In this document: positions 35,840-49,450 of the stretch, piece after piece
How the letters are laid out: the number at the start of each line of letters is the position of its first letter
Numbering within the stretch: the first letter of the stretch is position 1
NCBI GenBank assembly: GCA_043228905.1
Contig: JBHGNT010000002.1
Coordinates: forward strand, 26,784,001-26,848,000
Direction of reading: 5' to 3'
DNA: 64,000 nucleotides
Origin: Azolla caroliniana
Taxonomy: Eukaryota > Plantae > Polypodiophyta
Translations under genes and position numbers: made by a program
Notes under the pieces: generated by a model
Seen by the model: only the letters and a program-made list of their open reading frames with translations
What the model was told of the DNA's origin: nothing
The model's database searches: none

Positions 35840-37440
35840 GTTCAGAGTTTTGATGACAGATGAAACCTCCAATATATCTCCGAAATCTTCTTCAGGGGAA
35901 CATCGCGTCAATACAATAATTGTAAGTTGTAACAGTAGCCTCCAAACCGCAAAGACACATATAAAAAGACATCTCTTCCGCTCCCAAAACTTCAGCAAAG
36001 CTAATGTTAATAGACACCCAATATGACCATATATTAGCTGGAATTTACATAGGACAGAGACGGCACATGCAGCACACAACCACACTCTGTTAGTCACAGA
36101 AACATCACCTCTATCACACACACAAAAATTCTCTGCTCAAGTTTCTATCTCCTTCCCTTACCAAATCTGGCATGCAACAGATTCTCTATTATACAAATAA
36201 ACATCCTCTTTTATGAAGCATACTCTCTCCTTTTATCCTACATCAATAACTTAATAAAAAAGACAAACGAAATCATCTAGAAATATGCATATAAACGTGG
36301 GGACAAATGTCTTGTATACCTTGGTGATCATACGCTGAAAAGTTTCCAGTGTGGTGTTTCATTCAAACTTCATCAAGCTCGCCCCAAACACACCCCATTC
36401 TGCCCTGAATGCCACCTTCACTTGATCCTCTGGTTCCATCCAGACCAGGTGGTAGCAGTTGAATCCATCCAAAAAACTATGGGTGTCATGGCCCACCACT
36501 GTGTCCAAAATTGTAGCATTATCAATGGCAGAGGGATCATGTTGAACACTGTAACTGCATTTAACTTCCAATAGCCCACACAGATTCCAAGTTTGTCTTT
36601 TTCTTCAAGACAACTACTCTCAGGCTTAAACATGTTCCTCGTTTTACCAAACGGATGAATCCGACTCTTCATCATTTGTTAATTTATTCTCTGATTTCCT
36701 GCATCGTTGGGCTTCATCTAATCTCTGCCATTGTTAATTTGGCCTTCTCATTTGACTAGCTTTGGCCGTCCAAGATCTTTTATGACAGCATTACAATCCT
36801 CATCTAGGAATGTATTGGCCATCTTTATGTTCCTAGAGACAAGCCCATGGATGACTCATTAGACTCAAATACTTCATGTGCCCATTCGTTATCTCCAAGA
36901 GCATTCCAGAAGATGAGGTAAAATATATTGCCAAATATATATGACGAATGGCAAGTTTCAATGTTTGCAAACAATTTTTGTGTATGTTTAGGATCAATAT
37001 CTCTGAACAATTATCCGAGATTAAGAAAAGAACCAAGGATTTACTAACTATTTGCCAAATATAAGCAAGAAGAATAGCAACAAAACCCTTAGAATTTAAA
37101 GGCCCTAGTGCAAATATAACAATAAGATTGAAAGTAGTTAGTTACATGTCCATAAAGATATAGTAGTTAGTTAGAACACTATATCTTTATTCCATGCATC
37201 TCGATCCATTCACTTGTAATGATGCAAAAGTAAAAATAATGAACGCTAAAAACTACATCAAAATGTTCTCTTGAACACATGGAAATGAGGGTAAATATCT
37301 CCTTTCCTAAATTGTCCCTCTGCCCTCCTACTTTTAGCTATACTTTTTCAAGTAATTTTCCAGTAGCTTTTTAATGGGCACTTTCAGACTTCTGAATGAA
37401 CTTTTCCAACATCATCTTAACTGAGGACCCTTCCCTTAGA
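35840..37440 (-). pseudogene. Decayed receptor-like Ser/Thr kinase (SERK/LRR-II-like) remnant
   Basis: Collinear frameshifted pieces: RVLS*DDVGKVH/KVPIKKL (subdomains I-II), EILILNIHKN, LEITNGHMKYL, GLVSRNIKMANTFLDEDCNAVIKDLGRPKLV (resembles [29 protein letters not shown]; 36846-36754), IYGHI...RDVFLY (VIII-IX). Confidence 0.6.
36315..36615 (-). mobile_element. Ty3/gypsy reverse transcriptase fragment
   Basis: LGICVGYWKLNAVT...PLP, ILDTVVGHDTHSFLDGFNCYHLVWMEPEDQVKVAFRAEWGVF and TFQRM match the gypsy RT consensus, with frameshifts. Confidence 0.85.
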
Positions 37441-39344
37441 ATGAATAAAAAATTTGATTTTTTTCTGCTTTCTAGATTAAATACGCAATGCCTTGAGCAC
37501 ATAGAGAGTGTGAGATTCTCATGGGGATTGAGATGCAATGCACCTCTGTTTCTCATCAAAGGAAATGGTGTATAATACAAAAAAAACCTGGAAAACCTAA
37601 AAAGAAAGAATACGCGATTAAATAGAAAGGGAAATGGAAATACCTTTGCAGAGAGAAACTCACTGGACAGAAGAAGAAATTGTCTGTAGCAGAGCATTGG
37701 TGTACATAAATTGTGACAATTACTAAACTATGCTTTATTTTATGAGGAATTACAAAAGTACTCTTGTCCATCCATCATTTTATGAAATGTGCACGAAGAT
37801 GTAAAGAATTTAAGCCCTCCATCATTTTATGATTTATCTACACACACACACATCTTCGCGCACCCTCAACTCCGTATCATTAGTTTGGCACGATAAGAAA
37901 TGAGTCGAGATTCTAATTTTAATCAAACCACTTCGACACCAAATTTCTCTCTGATTTCGAATGCAATGCTTGACCTTAGCAAGTCAAATTCGAAAGTAAC
38001 ATTTTGGCTTCCTATTAAAAAATTGTTTGACATGCATTGTGCATTGGGTTCTTGGAGTGATGTTGACTAGATGTAGATCTTAATCACGTGTAGCTTTGAT
38101 TAGATGCCACATCGATTGGGATATTTACTAGACATAGCTTTGTTGTATTGTTGTTAATCCTAAGCTATGATATGTTTTTTAGATGCTTAATATGCCCCTT
38201 GTAATTCCATTCCACTTATATACATAATTTTGCAAAAAAGCAAGAAAGTTTTCTAATCTTTTTAGACACATATGTCCCACAAGTTGTTGAGTTGTGTGTA
38301 TCTATCTATCTATCTTTTTCTTTTTACCCGTATACAATGGTTAGAATCCCATTATTTGCAATGCTTTACTAGATAATATTAGAAAATGTTAAAGGGGTTG
38401 CATGCATAACATGTTGTCCTTAACTATACTGACATCACCAAATGAACCCAAGTCACGCCTCACACTCCCTCTGTATCTATAAAGAAAATTTAATAACTTG
38501 TTTTGTAGTTTATTAAGACCAAAATGTTTGCATAGTGAGTGTCCTTCGGTCACAATCTATAAGTGTTTAAAGGAACGTTTTATTTGCAATGAAGCCACTT
38601 GTTAAGAGGGAAGAAAAACATGAGGACTTAGAAATTGTATTAATGTGAGGCTCCATCCCACGAGCACAATGTGAATGAACATATATATTTTCTAAAGAGG
38701 TTCAAACTGCAAGCCATGATGAAAGCAAATCCTCCACGTGTATAGAAGTTGATAGCATTTTAAGGGCACTTTCTCATAATACTCCTTTTTGCATAAAGTT
38801 CTCAAAATACCCTTACTATTTTCAAAATCCCAAAATATCTATCTTTTCCAAAATTGCAGCGAGGCCCTTAAAATGTACATGTTATACCTACTTATGACTT
38901 CCTAATACTAATCATTCAACATTTTTTAATTTACAGCCTACCATACATTATCTATCAGTATGTATGTATCAGTATGTATGTATGTAGGTAGGTAGGTAAG
39001 TAGGTATGTATTTACATATACACACACACATGTGCGTGCGTGTGTGTTTGTATAAGTAAATATAAGGGCATTCCTAGGAGTAGATTGTGACCCTTCTTGT
39101 TTGGGAAATGGGAAGTGCATGATGCTTATAAACATGTTTTAGGAAACACATGATTTTCAAGGCTTACCTCTTGTTTTCGTAGATGCAAATGTATATTGTC
39201 TCTTCTAGTTCCAAGCTAGCAAATATGTAATATTAAGGGTAGAGAAATTGTCATGAGTGACTATAGATGAAGAAATTATGCAAACACACACATACATGTA
39301 TATGTATATGTATATGTAATATATACAAGATAATATTATATATA

Positions 39345-39361
39345 TGAGAGAGAGAGAGAGG

Positions 39362-39402
<41 letters not shown>
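39345..39402. repeat. (GA)n/(GT)n microsatellite
   Basis: Seen directly. Confidence 0.9.
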
Positions 39403-39403
<1 letters not shown>

Positions 39404-40234
39404 ACGCGCGAGCATGCGTGCAAACATAGATTTACCAGATAAAAAAAAAGAGACTTCAAAAGGAGAGGGAAATTGTCCAAACCAATGAAATGAAATGAAA
39501 AATACATCTTTACGACCTAAAATTACATGGGAAGCATATACATGGGACCAAAAGTTGATATACCTTATTGACAAAACCCACTCCAAGGAGATGCACACTT
39601 ATAGGCACATGTGGCCATTGACACAAAACTACACCAGGATCTGTAAATCCTATAATGGTAGCTTCATTGTAGATGTTAACGAGGCTAGTGACAGTGAGAG
39701 GTTCATGATGGTTAGGACTCCAAATAACATGTCCATTCTTATATGCTAGTAACTGTGAAATTCAAATTTAATAGTTGGGACTTGCAGTAAATCATTGAGA
39801 TTATAAATCAACTCATGTTCTAACATCTTACCCGATGCTTATGTCATCACTATCATCATCATCATCATGCCATTGAGGTGAAATGTAGAAGTAAACCTCT
39901 CCCTATACGTGTATAAAACAGAAAATTATGCACCATGCGTTCATCATCATCATCAATGAGTCCATTTAAAACATGTGATATTTATTGTTATAGACTTATA
40001 GTTTTCTAATAAAAAATCATGAGTTTTTTTTAATAAAAATAATTTCAAATTCAATATTGAGAGGAGATCGTATTGTTCTCATGAAGTTGGAAATGAGCAT
40101 GGCCCATGCACATGTTCACATAGGAAGAACCCAACATCTCCCTTTGCACCACACAACCCAAGTAGCAATATAGTTTTCTTTGTTTAGACTTGAGAATTGA
40201 GCATTGACACATCGAAACATCGATCGAGAGATCA

Positions 40235-42404
40235 ATGGATAGTGACAAAATCTCTCCTTCCAATATTCATATCCTTATTGTCGATGATGATCCTCTTTCT
40301 CTCATGGTTATGGAGCGCATGCTAAAGCGGTGCCAATACAAAGGTTTCCTTATTTTTATCTCTTAATTTCCTAACTACACTCGATACTCTTCTAGCCAAG
40401 CCTCCATGGTGTATATATAGATCAATGTGTTTTCATTTAAATTCTGGCTTGAAAGGAAAGAAGATGTAATAACTTATACCTAGTAAAGCCAAAATTTGTC
40501 ATATGAGAACAAAATAATCTCCTAATAATCTCGAATTCAAATACGAATGTTTTTGCTCGCCTCTCTTTCCTCATTATATGATTGATGATAAGACTCTTCA
40601 CAATTTGAAAGCATGTAACATTACGCTTTAGGTTAAGGTTCCCATGTTACACACTAGGATGCAACACTATGAGTTTTTTGGTATGTGAGGCAACACATAT
40701 CTAGCTAGGCGTTATGGTATTAGCATTGATCATTATATATTTTTGTCTGCGCGAGTAAATATGTCTATACTTTTTGTGTTTTTTATGAATGTTATATTTG
40801 TGGAGGTTGAGAATGACCTTACTTATGTGTGTTATTTCTACAGTCACTTCATGTAACCGAGTTGCGGCGGCATTAGTGAAGCTTAGAGAAAATGTTGATG
40901 CTTACAATTTGGTTATTAGTGATGTCTACATGCCCGATGACAATGGTTTCACACTATTAGAGGTTGTCGCTTTGGAGATGGATTTGCCAGTTATCAGTAA
41001 TCTCTCTCTCCCTCCCTCTATTTCTCATTCTCTCTCATATTATTATTGTCACAATTGACTTATTGTAGAAGTAAGTTGTTATGCTATCTTGAGTTTTGAG
41101 TATCTTATACAACATTAATGTTTTAAACTTAGAACATCATCATCTCCAAATAGTTGAAACAAATATGTCAACTATGGCCCAATTGGCCATAGTTGAGATT
41201 TATGTTAAAGCATAATTAATGGATCATCCTTATATATTGCAAGAAGTTTCAAATAATTTTCCTTGTTAATTTCAGTCATATAATTGTCTTTGAATGCCAA
41301 AATGACTTATTAGAACAAATCAATACATCATGTAACAATTAGACCAAAGAAATTACACCCAAAATATAACCTCTTCAAAAGCCATGATGAAATTCAAAAT
41401 CAAATAACTGCATTTGAAATATTTCACCTTTAAAAAGATCTAGGTAAAATTCAAATATGAAAACTTTAACATTCTAAACTTATAAAATGAGAAAAAATTT
41501 GCATCCTACCAAGAAACAACACAATATATTGAAAACAAAGGAGAAAGAAAGATAACAACTAGCAATAAACTAATCTTTAAAACTCTACAATGACTTCTAA
41601 CTTCTCCATTTTATGTATGATTCATGTATAGTGATGTCCGCAAATGGTGAAACAAGTGTTGTTATGAAAGGAATAACACATGGTGCTTGCGATTACCTCA
41701 TTAAACCTATAAGGTTGGAGGAGTTGAAGACACTTTGGCAACATGTCGCAAGAAGGAAGAGTAAGGGGGCAACCAAACAAGGAGCTCAATCCGTCACTAA
41801 TGTAGTTGATTCCAAAAACAATGCTACTGAAGAGGTGAAATGGTCTGCAGTTCTCCATGAAAAGTTTGTGTCTATTGTCAGTGAGCTGGGAGTTGAAAGT
41901 GCGTATTTTTAACTTAAGTTTGTTTATTGTTTATTTATAACATATGTTTAGCTATTCTATACACCTTGACATGAAAAATAGTGAAGAAGAGATGTTCTTT
42001 GTATCAACTTTACCGTCATTATTCAATTCAGTTGATCTTTTTTGGTTTTTTCCCAGATGCTTCCCCAGAAAAGGTTTTAAGTCTCATGAATGTTCCAGGT
42101 TTAACAATAGAGCAAATCTCAAGCCACATACATGTATTTATCTCAATGCAACTCTTTGTTGTTTTTGGTTCCACAAACTCATGTGTCAACTTTCTATTTA
42201 TGCTTTTCCATCTTCTTGCTGGAAATTAAGTCATTTGCAATGATTATGAATGTGCAGAAATATAGATTAACATTAACTAGGTTGAATGAAGAAATAGAAC
42301 AAGGATCACCGGAGATGGCAATGGAAAATAATAGAAAGGCAAAGATGGAGGCGTCAAAGTCTAAACTCAATTCTACGTCAAAAACAACAAGCAATCAAAA
42401 TTGA
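40235..42404 (+). CDS. Type-B response regulator-like protein (receiver plus divergent GARP), 5 exons, ~250 aa
   Basis: Exons 40235-40343, 40844-40996, 41632-41898, 42057-42133, 42258-42404 in frame. Receiver motifs [25 protein letters not shown]; GARP-like [10 protein letters not shown]...[19 protein letters not shown]. Confidence 0.88.
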
Positions 42405-44605
42405 AAGGAAAGTCGGAGCAAAATGCAACAAGAAAGAATGCCTAGTGGCTTAAACAATGATAGTATATTAGCTATTCAGCCCCTTAATGGAGGGTTGAAA
42501 TATGAATATTAAGTAGTAAATACTCATGTGCCCTAACATGGAGGCCGAAGAAAACATTTTTAGGCTAGTCATGTTTGTTTTACTCTATTGGGCCTTCACA
42601 AAATAATGATTGCTCTAGTCTTGGCATGCTCTATGTTAATGATGGAGGTTAGAGTAGTGAGACTTCAGAACCCTACTAATGGATGCTTAAGAAGGGGAAC
42701 CTAAGTAGTTGTACTAGCATTTATTGGTGCCAAACAAGAACTTTCATGACCAAACTATGAAGTTACATAACACCAACCATGCCATGGACAATGTATAGAA
42801 GTGATAAACATGTTTTTCATATGATTTTGTATATGTAAATATTATGGAGTGTTTCATAACTTGTGCATTGTAAGTCTTTCCATTTCTATATACATTCTCT
42901 TAAATTTATATAAATGAACATTTTTATAAGGCATTTGGAACTTTTAGAATACTTGGAAAAACATGATTTGGGTTCTTTGATTTCACATGGGATACCCAAA
43001 TTCTCTTAGCATATTGTGAAGGATAGTACATAGAAATCTGGCTTTTAGATTAACACATTTTTTCCAATTTTATTCATAACTAATCAACAAGGAGCAATCT
43101 TACCTAATGTAGTAATCACTCTTGGCTTGCTTTTTCTTTTTATGCATAAAGAGTCACGTATGAGTGGAGATTGTGGGTTTTTATAGTTCAATTGTCTCTC
43201 TGACTCTCATTTAAACCAACCATTAGCAAGATGAAATTTGATCAAGAAAGCTTGGAAGTTTGTGAGTGGCATGCTTCAATAGCCAAGGTTGTTGAAGTAC
43301 ATGAATTCATCAAACTTATTTTTATTGTTCACATATTGTTGCATCTAAACAATATACAATTTCTAGCTAAGAAGTTAAGATGCCAAAGGAACTTTGAATA
43401 GAGTCATGTAGGCATAGATAAGTAACCCAATGAGACTAACAATCTGACAATACCATTTCTTTACAAGAATATTGTTAAGCAAAACGAAATTCACTAATAC
43501 AATCCCATGCAATCATAATAGCCTTCTACGACTAGAGTTTAGATTTGTTGAACATCATTATTGCTACCATGACAAAATAGTTACAAAGAAAATCAATCAC
43601 ATAATTGTCATGAAATGTAGTCCTTTTTATCCATTTGAACTGCATCCATTAATTTGTCATGGGTGCAGACTGTAGCCTTTGTAGCATCTTCCAAAGGTCT
43701 TTCCTCATCCATCTTTCTGACAATATAAGAAAGCTCAGGTGCCTGAAGCATCAAATTAAATGCTTCCCCTTTGCCTTATTTGTGCTCCCTTTACTTATTG
43801 AGGGAAAATGCCCAAGCTCACACCTGAACACCCATGCTCATCAACACAAGGCACACCAGCATGCTACACAAATCACATATTGGAAATAGAAATTGGGGGT
43901 GGGCCGAGTATCAAACCAAAATAGGTCACGTGACCTAGGTTGCCTCCAAGTACTAGAAACAAACGAACATGTCACTTTTGAGTTGGTCTCACATATGAGG
44001 ACATATGGCATGCACTTAAGAAATTTTACCAAAGTTTGTGCTAACTTTTAAGAACTCCTAATGAGGGGGAACCATCATCATGACATTGGACATACTCTCT
44101 GCTTGTCTACATCAACCACACAACCAAAGTCATGGAAGACCTAAGCAGTGAAATTTGACAACTAGCTTAGTTTTTTTACTCACAATTTCTTTTGTTTTAC
44201 CATAAAAAAAAATCCCACCTAGGTGATTGACAATAGTTCTTTGTAGCAAATTTTGATCCCATGGATCATGTTGGGGCCACATGGATGTTTATATATCAAA
44301 ATTCATCATCTACACATACACTCAACATTTTTATTCAGCTTTTCATTCAGTTAAGCAATAACTTCCATCCTTTGAAAATTGAACTGAAAATACTCAGAAA
44401 ATTTTACATGCTAGCTACATCGACACGGATTTTATTTGTACGAAATATCAAGGCTGTCATCTATATCACAAATTTCTTCTTTTTTTCTACCCATGTACCT
44501 ACCAGGTGACCAAAGTAGCTAAGCTAAAAAATGTCTAACATCATATTGATTCCCAAAACCTATATATGTTATACAGTATAACCTCTATTCGTTGTCATGT
44601 CCACA

Positions 44606-47600
44606 TTATGGTTCCTTTCTATGCTCTCGCAATATTACTGCCACACTTGTGGGGGGTACCTTGAAAGATGAAATGTTACACACAATCAAGACATTGAAAC
44701 CATGAAAATTAAAGAGAAAAATTGAAACAATTTCCATCAACCTACCATGCCTAACTCGGTGATGATCACTGACACATAGGTTGCTGGCATTGCGTCATAT
44801 CTGAATAAAAGAAAAGCAAGAAAAATCATCACATTAGAGATATAAAGGAAAACAAACACCAAGGTACATTTGCTTCTTTGGCATTTGCAAGAATACCCCT
44901 AAGTTTTCCAAAATTACAAAACATAACTCCTCTGTAGTACAAAATTTGGCTACTATACAGGGGTATTCTGGTGAATACAAAAGAGTATTTTGGTGTAATG
45001 CCCCATTAAAAATGGTAAGAGTACTATAGCTTTTGGAGTGTTGGTCTAGGATTAAAAAAGGAAAAATGACCACCAATAGCATACATCAAATTCAACAGCT
45101 TGAGATTGGTGTTTCTCGTCCATCCTTCAAGCTCGCTCAAACTTTTTTCCCCAGGAATTTTGAGGAGAGCATCAGGATCACCTACAACCATTGTCCTATT
45201 TAAGCCTATTTTCAATAATAAGAGAATCCAACTACCTTATGTAAGTATTATAAAGCAAACAAACCTAGCTCATTGAAGCATATTGAATCAAGTTGAACAC
45301 GCTCATGGAATTTGTATGTTTCACAACAGATCAAGACTGGAATAAGGAAAGCATGCGCCACCATAGCGACACAAGCTGAGCCCACTCTAGAATAGACTGT
45401 CCCATTAGACAATACTGAGGCAGCCCCAAGATAAACTTTGGTGGCCTCTTGCATTACATAAGAAATTGCATTGATTTGAGCATACGTGCAATTTATACCT
45501 CTCGCAAGCAACCTTCGAAACAACACTTTTGCTTCAAATTTTGGCCTTGAATCAACAACAATTACCCTAAAATTTAATCCGAGCTCAAATGCATGAAGAA
45601 TGACCATTTCCACGACACATGATGTTGCGTATGTGAGAATCACATCCCCATCCCTTATTTTTGTCACTGCCAGCTTTGTTATTTCCTTATCGGCAATGGT
45701 GATCTTTTCATGGATGAATTGATAGATGTCAGAGACAAGTTCAGATTTGCATTCTGTTTCGGACAAATGGTTAGGAAGCTTTGCTATTCGGGTCTTAAGG
45801 AACCGTATAGCATTCCCCATGCTTATTGATAGAGGTCTACATGTGTTAAGAAATGAGACATTCATGTTCAGCCGTGCGGTCAAGTCGCGAACCAAAGACT
45901 TTTGTTCCGGAGTAGAATAATCCTTTATGACCTCACAAAAAGCAAGCAGCATTGCAACACAACGAGCATTGCCACCTATGATATCCCCTGTTAAATATTG
46001 CAGACCCACCTACACACAAACTCTTTCTCATGACGCCAACTCCAAAGACCAACAAAAAATAATCAAATTCTGTTTTGATTTCCCAGTTTACTAAGCAAAA
46101 CCTGATAAATAGAAGGATGTAGGCGCATGGTATCATCGTGAAAGAACTTCTCTTCCAATGAAGGAAGCTGAATTCCATGGACAAATTGAGGTAAATGCCT
46201 GAAAAGCTCGACCCTGTTCTTTGTTTCTACTTGCTCAATCAATGATTTCTTCTTTGCTTTGGCAACTCTATGCTCATCATCAAATTGCAGTCGAGGAGCT
46301 GGGATCTCCACTTTCCTCTCCTTACTAGAAGTCTTTTCCGCAGACTTCTTCTGGCCAGTCGATTCTTTAGTTTGACTCTGAGCTTTTGATTGCTTCACAG
46401 CAACATCAGTAGCCCCACCTTCACCTGTTAAAGTTACTATATAAGCTCCAACACGGTATTTTCCATTTTCCTATAGTCTACATATACGAAATCCAAATGT
46501 TTCAATGATGTAGATGATTGATCCTGATGCATGTAAATTATTCAATCCATCAACAATTACAATCTGCTAGTGATATTTTAAACTTTGTTCAAATAAAAGA
46601 AATCACGAAAGAAATTTTTTCAATCTAATGTTAGGAAATGTATATAGTCCTCTACATTCATACATTAGCTTGATACAGGCACATGAACCTGGATGGTTCC
46701 ATTGATAAATCAATCCATGATTTTCAGACTCATTAAAAGCCCACTGGAGTTATACTCAATGCTTTTGAACATACATTCTAAGGTTGCCAAAGATCTAAAA
46801 CGCATCAGAAAGAATGCACAATCGATGATTTACAGACTCATTAAAGGCCCACTGAACTTATAACCAATGCTTTTGAACATATATTCTAAGGTTGCCCGAG
46901 ATCTAAAACGCATCAGAAAGAATGCATGAATATCTCCACAAGAAACAGGAAGCAAGTCCAAAAATACTCATACCTGTCAAATTCAGGTTTTACAGGATAA
47001 ACAAATGTGGATCATGAACACCATTACGCAAAGGAAAAACATAGAGATCACGAAAGGAGGGTTGGACAATGTCTACACATAACCAATTGATTACTCAAAT
47101 TGGTGTTTCACTGAATTGTTATATTTTCTGCATGTATAAATGAAGTGTCTTTCCCAAGTGCCTATTCATTAATAATACCCTAATGGGGTTCAGTTCACCA
47201 ATACCTTATGTTACTTGAGCTTCAATAACATATTGGAATACTAGAAAGAAACATCATATTAAGGAAAATACATCCAAATTTCAAATGAGAATCAGCAGCC
47301 AGCAAATACCCAGATGAGGAAATCTATAACCAAATCAATGTTGTTTCATTGAGTATCATAATCTTTCTATATAAAATTGAGGTGCCTTTTCATCAACAAT
47401 TAAAATTGACCTTCCTTTTGAAGAACTTCAAACACAGACACAACAAAAAAGAACAACGTCCAAGAAAAATACTTACTACTCTCTCTTGCCGCTCGTTTTT
47501 CTTCTCTATCTGCCTCTTGCTTTGCCCTTCTTTCAGCTTTAGTGGTCCTCTCTTTCAGCTGTTTGAGAGAAGCCTGCTCATCTAAGAAATCGATATATTT

Positions 47601-48244
47601 AATAAGTGAAATATCATCCTCATTGAATAGGTTTGATATCCTTAACGAATATGATTCATACAGAAAGAACAATCACAGCAAAAATGAATCATACCTTGAG
47701 GTACAGACAGCAATGGCTTGGATGAAGAAGAAACAACAACCTGCTCTTGCTTTGTGGAAGAAGAAGGAACAACAACCTGTTCTTTCTTTGTTGAATAAGA
47801 AGCAGAAGAAACGACAACATTTTCTTGCTTTGATGATGAAGAAACAACCTGCTCTTGCTTTGAATAAGGAAAAACTTCTCTTTCTATAATGACCTCGTTC
47901 AAGCTCATTCTGTCAATGGCCGAACTAACGATGCTAGCGTGTTCATGGCCATACTCAGAGAGATCTATCGAGTCAGATCCCAAAGCAGAAGAAACAGGGG
48001 AGGCATCAAGAACAGAGTCTGTGGGCTTATAGCTGCCCTGATGAAAATTCTGTTGTTTTGTTAAAGGAAGGGCAGGGGAGGGTACTGTCAGAGGAAAAGA
48101 TCTATTATTATCATTGGGATTGGGGTTGGGGTTGGGGTTAGGGTTAGGGTTAGGGTTAGGGTTTTCTGTTTCTGCAGGGGTGAAGAAACCCACGTGGCGG
48201 ATCACTGGACTCGTAACAATCCGAGTGCTTCTTCTTGGATCCAT
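44606..48244 (-). CDS. Translation initiation factor eIF2B subunit delta, 7 exons, ~642 aa
   Basis: Exons 48244-47695, 47581-47477, 46424-46102, 46009-45265, 45181-45085, 44800-44746, 44659-44606 (1929 nt). Motifs IRHVGFF, TTKAERRAKQE, GGNARCVAML, CRPLSISMGNAI, VVDSRPKFE, SRVGSACVAM, CCETYKF, ITELGMVPPTSV. Confidence 0.95.
46722..46926. repeat. ~108-bp tandem duplication in an eIF2B-delta intron
   Basis: cagactcattaaa.gcccactg...aatgcttttgaacata.attctaaggttgcc..agatctaaaacgcatcagaaagaatgca occurs twice. Confidence 0.9.
48114..48165 (+). repeat. Telomere-like (TTGGGG)n/(TTAGGG)n tract encoding a poly-NP stretch
   Basis: ttggggttggggttggggttagggttagggttagggttagggttttc within exon 1 of eIF2B-delta. 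Confidence 0.9.
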
Positions 48245-48340
48245 CTCTGTGCCTGATTCTTCACTGTGATGCTCTGCTCTCTGCTGCTTCTCTCATACTA
48301 CAAAACCAAAGGGAAGGAGGGGTTGACATACATACATACA

Positions 48341-48371
<31 letters not shown>

Positions 48372-49410
48372 CATCAGAAAATGAGAAGAAATGAGGTTTG
48401 TGCAATTAAATTAAAATTCACACTCTGGTGCAGAATATGTGCATATGTATAATGTATGTATGTAGTCACACTCTCAATGACTCCTTATCAGTTATAACTT
48501 ATCACAAATGAATGCTTTCTTTCTCTCTCAGGTTGTCGGCCATGCCCATCTCTCCCTGCCATCGTCCGCAAGTCATCTCTCATTTTCAGGTCATTGCAGT
48601 AATAATGGCAGGCAGTGGATGAGAACCTATCGGTGGCATATGGATTTAGAGAGGGGGGAGGAGGTGGTAACAGATGGCTAACTACTACCTTAAACATGTC
48701 CCGTTTTTTACCCTCCTTATTTATTGACCCCCTTCACGGACATTGCTCCTCGTCACGTGGCATGTGCAAGGGAGAAGAAAACGCCTGAAACGTAAGTTTT
48801 ATAATAGGTTAAGGTTTATAGCCGAAGGAGTGAATCAAAGCATTGAAAGAAGCGTTGATGAGTAAATCAATAACTAAAGATAGCTCAAGTGGCGAAAGTT
48901 ATTCATTTGAGCAATGATGGCAAGGGTTGGAACCTGTTAGGTGTAAATTCTTAGGTGTAAACGGAGGAATGGAGGGGTGTCATCTGTAATATAGAAAGTC
49001 TTCATTGTAGCTTGATTTCAAATTTTTATGGTAATCGAAGGAATTTTTTTGACATTCCCGTATCAAATTTTTTATTCTTTGGTGAAAGGTTGTAATAGCT
49101 TTTCTTATTATTTGTATTTGTTCAAGGATCGCAAAAAAATACGAGTGAAAATAAATGTAAAAAATAATAATAAAATCAATAGCTAAAAGAAGAAGTTTTG
49201 AAACTTAGGAGATTCGTCCCTAGGCTCCAAAGGACTCCATGTCCCCTACGACGTCTCATGTTTAGGTCCTTTAGACATCGAGCGCTTCTTCGTCTCTAGG
49301 TTTGAAGCCTAGAGACGAAACATGAGGGGGACAAGAACGCAAAAGAATAAACAAGGAAGAGAAAGGAGGAAATAAGAGGAAGCACGATGGGCCTTGATGT
49401 TGCTCTCGAG

Positions 49411-49450
<40 letters not shown>

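Noticed and set aside
43824-44582. Possible 3'UTR intron of eIF2B-delta
   Set aside because: Only splice dinucleotides support it; it cannot be tested without transcripts.
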